A stretch of DNA of 64,000 nt from Planctomycetota bacterium (GTDB taxonomy: Bacteria; Planctomycetota; SZUA-567; H5-PLA8). The notes under the pieces were generated by a model. That model saw only the letters and a list, made by a program, of their open reading frames with translations. It searched no databases and was not told where the DNA came from. The position numbers and the translations under genes are program-made. The stretch spans positions 1-64,000 of the forward strand of contig BTVV01000012.1 of the NCBI GenBank assembly GCA_045863855.1, read 5' to 3'. Shown here piece after piece: positions 57,995 to 64,000 of this stretch; position 1 is the first letter of the stretch; each line of letters starts with the position of its first letter.

Positions 57995-59368
57995 ATGCGC
58001 ATTCTATACTGCGAAACCTGCGGAAGGCGCGTCAGCCCGCGCGATCTGGAAACGGGACGAGTTAAACTTCGCGGCGAATTGGTTATGTGGTGTCCGAGCT
58101 GCCCGCAGGAAGCCGGCGTGCCGGCCGAACATGCGGTGGCTCAAGTGGCCCAAGCCCCGGCACCGCCGCAGGCTCCCGCCCCGGCCGCACCCTCGGGACG
58201 GCCGGGCACCGGCGGCCATCCGTCGATGGTCGATCCGCCTCAGCAGGACATCGTGCGCATGCGCCGCCGCACCACCAGCCAGACCGGCTTGGGCCGGCGC
58301 ACCCCTGCGGCGCCGTCCACGCGCGTGGTCCGCTCCGGCCGCAGCGCTTCGCCTGCCGAAGGTACACCCGCGCGGCGCGCGCGTCCCGTGCGTAGCGAGA
58401 TTCGCCCGCTGCCCGCCGGCGGCATCGGTACGCCGATGGCCCGCCGCAGCGGCGAGGAAAAGGCCGCCACCGACCCGACCATGATCTACATGATCGTCGG
58501 CGCCGTCTTGCTCCTCTTCGGGATCTTCCTCGTCGGCTACGCGCTGCTCTTCAAAAAAGATGCACCGCCGCCGCGCGCGCCCCAGGAACACACTACGGCC
58601 GGCGGAACCGAACGCACCGGGAGTTCGTCCGCCCCAGCGGCCGCGAAGACCACAAGCCAGCCGGAGAGCCGCCCCGCCGTGCCGCTGGGACGTCAAAGCT
58701 CGCTGGCCGATCTACCCGCCGACCAGTTCCCGCGCCTCAAGATTCCAAAACCCATCAGTCCGCCCAGCATCGACGGCAGGCTCGACGATCGTTCCTGGTC
58801 GCGCGCCATTCCGCAGCGCCTGCGTTTCGCGGACGGCCGCGAGACGCGCCCGCTGGGCGATACCGAGTTCTGGGTGCTGGCCACTGAAAAATTCCTCTAC
58901 GTCGCCGCGCGGCTGAGCGAGCCCGAAATGGCCCAGATCGTCAAGACGCCGCGCAAACGCGACGAAGGCGTTTGGCAGGACGACTGTGTCGAGATCTTCA
59001 TCATCCCCGGCCTCGATGCCTCGAAGCCGAAGTATCAGTGGGTGTTGAGTATCGCCGGAAGCGTCATGGACGGCTCGGGCGCGGGATCGGAAGTCAAGAG
59101 CGAGGCTTGGGATATCGAGGCCAAATTTGCGATCTTCGAAGGCAAGGACTACTGGACCCTGGAAGCCGCGCTCCCGATCGACGGCATCCCGGACGCCGAA
59201 AAAGCGCCGCTTTGGCGCTTCAACCTCACCCGGAACCGACCCGCGCGCGAAGGCCAGTCGCGGCCCGTAGAGAATACGTCCTGGGCCAATTTGCAGTCGC
59301 CCTCCAACCAGACGCCCGCGCGCTTCGGGGTCGTGGCCGTGGAAGCCTTGGGCGGAAAGCTCCCGTAA
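57995..59368 (+). CDS. Zinc ribbon-disordered linker-TM-CBM9-like protein
   Basis: CETC...CPSC, Pro/Arg-rich linker, TM helix, PSIDGRLDD..W, LYVA, WQDDCVEIFI, WTLEAALP. Confidence 0.8.
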   Translation: MRILYCETCGRRVSPRDLETGRVKLRGELVMWCPSCPQEAGVPAEHAVAQVAQAPAPPQAPAPAAPSGRPGTGGHPSMVDPPQQDIVRMRRRTTSQTGLGRRTPAAPSTRVVRSGRSASPAEGTPARRARPVRSEIRPLPAGGIGTPMARRSGEEKAATDPTMIYMIVGAVLLLFGIFLVGYALLFKKDAPPPRAPQEHTTAGGTERTGSSSAPAAAKTTSQPESRPAVPLGRQSSLADLPADQFPRLKIPKPISPPSIDGRLDDRSWSRAIPQRLRFADGRETRPLGDTEFWVLATEKFLYVAARLSEPEMAQIVKTPRKRDEGVWQDDCVEIFIIPGLDASKPKYQWVLSIAGSVMDGSGAGSEVKSEAWDIEAKFAIFEGKDYWTLEAALPIDGIPDAEKAPLWRFNLTRNRPAREGQSRPVENTSWANLQSPSNQTPARFGVVAVEALGGKLP

Positions 59369-59453
59369 TCGCGCCGGACCGCGGGTTCGATCGCGCCCGC
59401 TCCTCCACTGTAATCGCAGCAAGGAACGCCGAAGAAGCGTTGCGAGGAAGTGC

Positions 59454-61163
59454 CTAAAACTCCATTTCTTCCAGCGACTTCGCGCCCAGCTTAAGCGGAA
59501 CGAACGCGCACAAGGCCGTCACGACGCCCGTTCCGATCAAGGTCAGCGTCAGCACCAGCCGGAACTGCGCCGCTTCGTCGCTGTCCGGATTCAGCGGCAC
59601 GTCCCGCACCATGTACTGGTGGCAGACCAGCGCCTGAACGGTGATCGTGATCATGACCAGCGCGATGGAAATGATCAGCGTCAGCGTGCCGCCGAAGCCG
59701 GACACGATCTTCGACGGGTTGGGCTCGCGCAAGTTCGGGAACAGCGCGCCCATCCCCACCGTCAGGCCCGTCAGACCCAGGCAGATGAACGCCGCCGTCA
59801 GCGCCTGAACCTTGAAGACGAAATCGTCGCTCTGCAGGATGAAATTCGAGAGCACGACCAGACTCTCCGTGACGATCAGCGCGCCGCAGAGGCTGAAAAT
59901 GAACTTCGCCCACACGATGCGGCGGCGCTCCATCGGCGCGAGGCCCAGGATCCAGAAGCGCTGCCCTTCCAGCGATACCAGCGGGAAGACGAAGCGGCTC
60001 ACCATCGTCGCCAGCGTCAGGCACGTCGCGCCCAGGTTCAAGAACGAGATCAGGTTCTGGTAGAAAGGCCGGTCGAGCGGGTACGAAAAGTTGCGCAGGT
60101 TGGAAATGTAAATCGCCAGCAGCCCGAAGAAGATCAGCACCTGCGACCATTGCACCGGATCGCGCAGGAACGATTTGATATCCTTGATCACGATCACCGT
60201 GACTTGCGGCCACCGCCGCTTCACCGGCTCCAGCAGCCATTCGATCACCCAGCGCCGCTCGACCCGCCGCCCGCGCGGCGCTTCGGCCGCCAGCGAATAG
60301 GTGCGCCCGTAGAGGTACGCCGACAGAAACCAGCCCGCCGTGGCCAGCACGAGCGCGGTGCTCGCCAGCGCGGCGAAGCAAATCCCCACCGGCGCGCTCG
60401 CCTCGAAGCCCCGCGCCGCAAGCTCCAGCAGGCCTTCCTTCATCCAGAAATTCGGAGAGAACGGGTGCTGCGCAAACTCCAGCTTGCCCAGGATCAGATG
60501 CACCTCCGCGCGCATCTCCGATCCGCCGCGCACGCTCAGCACATCCGCCACCAGCCACGTGCCCACCGCCACCGCCGCGGCCACCAGGAACACCAGCGCC
60601 TTTCCGCGATGCCGCGGCAGCGTCGCCGTCAGCACCAGGCCCAGCAGCGAACCCAGCGAGGCGGGAATCAGCACGAACGGAGCGAAGAATAAAAGCACCG
60701 CCGGATAGAACGGTGCGTGCGCTTCGGCCTGAATCCCGTACGCCAGCAGCAGCGGGATGCCCAGCGCGAAAAACGCCCAGCTCGAGAACAGCAGCGACTC
60801 CAGCATCTTGTACAGATAAACCGTGTCGTGCGGCACCGGCTTGGAGAGCAGGAACTCGGTCTCCGCCGAATTGAACATGTTACCCAGCCCGATCAGCGCG
60901 TTGCTGAACGTCAGCATCACCAGCAGCACCAGGAAAAAGATGCTCAGCAGGCGCGGGATCAGCATCTCGCCGACCGGATACAACTGGTGGATCAGGAAAT
61001 CGAAGACGAGATTGAAGACGTAAAACATACCGCCCCAGAACAGCATCCCCAGCGCCAGCACCACAAAGATCTTGAACAGCGACTCGTCGCCCAGCCGGCG
61101 CATGCGGTTGCGCAGGCCGCGCACGCGCGCGCCGATCAGCAGGCCGATGGTGAAGGTGGGCAT
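59454..61163 (-). CDS. Putative ABC exporter permease subunit
   Basis: ETEFLLSKPV, KDIKSFLRDPVQWSQ, SLEGQRFWILGLAPM...AKF; two TM blocks. Confidence 0.85.
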   Translation of the reverse strand: MPTFTIGLLIGARVRGLRNRMRRLGDESLFKIFVVLALGMLFWGGMFYVFNLVFDFLIHQLYPVGEMLIPRLLSIFFLVLLVMLTFSNALIGLGNMFNSAETEFLLSKPVPHDTVYLYKMLESLLFSSWAFFALGIPLLLAYGIQAEAHAPFYPAVLLFFAPFVLIPASLGSLLGLVLTATLPRHRGKALVFLVAAAVAVGTWLVADVLSVRGGSEMRAEVHLILGKLEFAQHPFSPNFWMKEGLLELAARGFEASAPVGICFAALASTALVLATAGWFLSAYLYGRTYSLAAEAPRGRRVERRWVIEWLLEPVKRRWPQVTVIVIKDIKSFLRDPVQWSQVLIFFGLLAIYISNLRNFSYPLDRPFYQNLISFLNLGATCLTLATMVSRFVFPLVSLEGQRFWILGLAPMERRRIVWAKFIFSLCGALIVTESLVVLSNFILQSDDFVFKVQALTAAFICLGLTGLTVGMGALFPNLREPNPSKIVSGFGGTLTLIISIALVMITITVQALVCHQYMVRDVPLNPDSDEAAQFRLVLTLTLIGTGVVTALCAFVPLKLGAKSLEEMEF

Positions 61164-61322
61164 GGAGGAGGTTCTGCGCTCCGGATCGATGCGCCGGTTC
61201 TATCCGCTGGCCCCGCGAACGGCCAATCCCGGCTCCGGCAGGCAAGTGCCGCCGGATGGACCGATTCGGACCCGGATTCCACGGCGGTTGAGGAAGCGCG
61301 CGCCGTCGAGTAGACCTTTCGC

Positions 61323-62423
61323 ATGACCGCTCCCAAACGCCGGACGAAAGTGCGCCTGAAAGCCAAGATGCCCGCCGCGGTCCTGACCGCCCTGCGCCGC
61401 ATCGAACTTGCCAGCGTTCCCGTTCCCGAACCCGGACCCGGCGAACTGCTCCTGCGCATGACCGCCGTGGGCCTGTGCGGCAGCGATCTGCACTACTGGC
61501 GCTGCGGGCGCATCGGTGACCAGATCGTCAAGCTGCCGCAGCGCCTGGGCCACGAACCGGCCGGCCTCGTCGCGGCCTTGGGCCGCGGCTGTCGGCGCGG
61601 CTTCGCCGAAGGCCAGGCCGTGGCCATCGAGCCCGGCGTCTGGTGCGGCGCGTGCCTCGCCTGCGAAGGCGGGCGGCAGAATCTCTGCTACGGCATGCGC
61701 TTTCTCGGCGCGCCAGGCGAAGCCGGCGCGCTCCAGCCCTTCCTCGTCATGCCCGAAGCGAACGTCGAACCCCTCGCGCCACGCGTCGACCCCGCGCGCG
61801 CCACCGCCGCCGAACCCCTCGGCATTGCGCTCCAAGCCTTCGATCTGGTCAAACTGCGCGCCGGCGAAAGCGTCGCGGTGATCGGCGGAGGACCGGTGGG
61901 TCTGTGCGTTGCCGCGCTGGCTCAGGCTGCCGGCGCGCGCGTCGTGGCACTCTCCGAACCGCGCTCCGCCCGAGCAAAAGCCGCGCGCGCCTTGAACGTC
62001 CAGGCCGCCGTCGATGCGCGGCCCGAAGCCCTGATCGAAGCCGCCCGCGCAGCCACCGGCGGATACGGCGCCGATGTCGTCGTCGAATGCTCCGGCGCCG
62101 CCGAAACCCTCAACACCGCGATCCTCGCCGCCGCCCGCGGCGGACGCATCGCCATCGTCGGCATCCCCGAAGTCGATTCGATCCCCGTCGATCCGCATCA
62201 CTGGCGCCGCAAGGAACTCCTCATTGCCAGCGTCCGCCGCAGCAACCGCACCCTCGGGCGCGCGCTCGCGCTCCTCGAGCGCAACGACCTCGGCCTCGCC
62301 AAAGCCGGCTACTTTTCGAAGCTGCTGGGTTTGGAAGAACTTCAGAGCGCTTTCGAAGACCTCGACGATCCCGCCTCGCGCGCGATCAAACTCACCGTCG
62401 ATCCCAGCCGAGCGCTGGGTTGA
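61323..62423 (+). CDS. Zn-dependent sorbitol/threonine-type dehydrogenase
   Basis: GLCGSDLH, GHE, CGACLAC...C, GGGPVG. Confidence 0.92.
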   Translation: MTAPKRRTKVRLKAKMPAAVLTALRRIELASVPVPEPGPGELLLRMTAVGLCGSDLHYWRCGRIGDQIVKLPQRLGHEPAGLVAALGRGCRRGFAEGQAVAIEPGVWCGACLACEGGRQNLCYGMRFLGAPGEAGALQPFLVMPEANVEPLAPRVDPARATAAEPLGIALQAFDLVKLRAGESVAVIGGGPVGLCVAALAQAAGARVVALSEPRSARAKAARALNVQAAVDARPEALIEAARAATGGYGADVVVECSGAAETLNTAILAAARGGRIAIVGIPEVDSIPVDPHHWRRKELLIASVRRSNRTLGRALALLERNDLGLAKAGYFSKLLGLEELQSAFEDLDDPASRAIKLTVDPSRALG

Positions 62424-62488
62424 ACGAACCTAGAGCCGCTGACAAAACCAGCGTCGAGGCGGTTGCGCCGCGCCTCAATCCCAATTCC

Positions 62489-64000
62489 CTACATCCCTTC
62501 CTTCGGCGCCTCCGGCGGCGGACCGTACTTCAGCAGCGCGTCCTGCACCGCCGCGTCGTGGGGCATCGGGATGAGCTTCTCCTCGAGCGCCGCCTTCAGC
62601 ACCGCCGCGGCCTGCGTCCGACGAGCGGGCTCGCCTTTCGACAACAGCGCCTCGATCGACTCCTTGGGCCAGGATGAGCTTCAAATAACCGTCGTCTTGC
62701 GCGAGCGCGTGGCGTTCCTCGCGCACGATCTTCCACGCGTTCAGCACGTCCAGGCCCTGCCCTTCCCGCAACGCCTGCTCCGCCCAAACCAGCCGCTCCT
62801 TCGCAAAATGCGTGCGCAGCAGATCGTGCGCCTGGTTCGAATTCGAATCTTCGGGACCGTTGCGTGAAAGCGATTCGGTGCACGCCTTGAACATCTCCTC
62901 GTTCGCAGGCATACCGCGCTCCAGCGCCTCCTCGAAGAGCGGCACGATCACTTCTACGATGTAGCGCTTGCGCAGCAGCAGGCCCATCTCGTACGGCACC
63001 GCCGCATTTTTCGGATACTTCCGCGCCAACTCCCAGGCATGCATGGTCACGTCCTGCGAGGCCCGGCGATTCTGCATCGCATCGGCCATCGACACCCGCG
63101 CGTCAAGCAGTTGCAGACGATCTTCCAGCGGCGCAAGGTAGCGCTTCTGGTCGAGTTGCCCGCGCAGCCAGGCCAGCGCGTCGCCGGGAGAACGCTCCTT
63201 CTCGAGAAAATCGGCGTACTGCGTCGCGGCCGTCAGCGCGATGTCGCGCAGCTTGGCGTCGCCCGGTTCCTTCAGCAGCGCATCGTGAACCGCGTTCAAC
63301 GCCTCCAGAGACTCGCCCGCCTCCAGCAGCTTCGCCGGACGTGCCCACAGCGGTTCCGGAACCGGCTCGCGAGGGCCGAAGCGCAAGAACACCACCACGG
63401 CGATCAGCGCCGCCAGCGCGCCACCCGCCGCCCACATCCAGCCCGACCGCGAGGCCGCCGCCTTCTCGCGATAGCCGTGGATGACCGGACCCGACGGCAG
63501 CAGCCGAACGCATTGCGCGAGTCGGCGGGCTTGGTCGCTGGTCGGATCCTGCACCACCCGGTACACGCGGATCGGTTGCGCAATGCCTTGGAATATTTTC
63601 TCGCCCACTTCCGCCGAAGGCACTTCCGTTCGGTTCATCGCCAGATACACCGCTTCGGTGAAGTAAACCTCGCCGGCCTCGGTCGCGCCTTCCAGGCGGC
63701 TCGCGATGTTCACCGCCTCGCCCAGCACATCGCCGTCCTTCAACTCCACGTCGCCCGTGTTGATCGCCACGCGAACCTTCAGCCGCTCTTCTTCCTTCGC
63801 CGCCGTCGCGTTGAACTGGCGCAACACCTCCTGGATCGCCAGCCCGCACAGCACCGCGTCCGTGGCGCTCTCGAAGCGAACCAGAAACGCATCGCCGATC
63901 GTCTTGATCACGTGCCCGTCGAAGTAACGGATCACCGGCAGCAGCAGCCGGTCGTGCTTCTTCAGCAAGTTCACCAGGCCCTGGCGCGTCTCCTGGTTGG
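62489..64000 (-). CDS. Class III adenylate/guanylate cyclase with TM helix and C-terminal helical domain; 5' part outside the window; apparent frameshift near 62667
   Basis: IKTIGDAF, RVAINTGDV, DVLGEAVNIASRLE. The frame stays open to the window edge, and the natural-looking C-terminus is in a shifted frame ending at TAG 62489. Confidence 0.85.

Noticed and set aside
1..64000. CRISPR array, rRNA or IS transposase
   Set aside because: No regularly spaced repeats, rRNA-like segment or transposase motif was seen on reading; intergenic gaps are short.

Overview
High-GC bacterial DNA; the gene content suggests Planctomycetota, but that is an inference. The window has two parts. (1) Positions 1-11709 are the right-hand part of an integrative element ending at a tRNA 3'-end fragment (att site). 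It carries a satellite-like replication/integration module on the + strand: HTH protein, zinc-finger/TOPRIM primase, AAA_25 helicase, AlpA-like HTH, RHH protein and tyrosine integrase. Divergent from it is a lower-GC candidate defence cassette: SNF2 helicase with a C-terminal PD-(D/E)xK (DUF3883-type) nuclease, an Nmad2/PUA-like protein, a protein resembling one beta-clamp domain, and an HKD (PLD) nuclease that is missing from the ORF track because it runs off the window. The integrase ORF reads through the att site. (2) Positions 11728-64000 are host chromosome: an ECF sigma/anti-sigma pair, sugar, ester and sulfate catabolic genes, signalling proteins (a kinase, a pseudokinase, FHA and DUF4388 proteins, a frameshifted cyclase), sucC/sucD, ABC components, and a probable metal-uptake locus headed by a Cys-rich leader ORF ending in PPPRG. 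No rRNA, intact canonical tRNA or CRISPR array was seen. All family calls come from motif recognition by eye; no database search was run.
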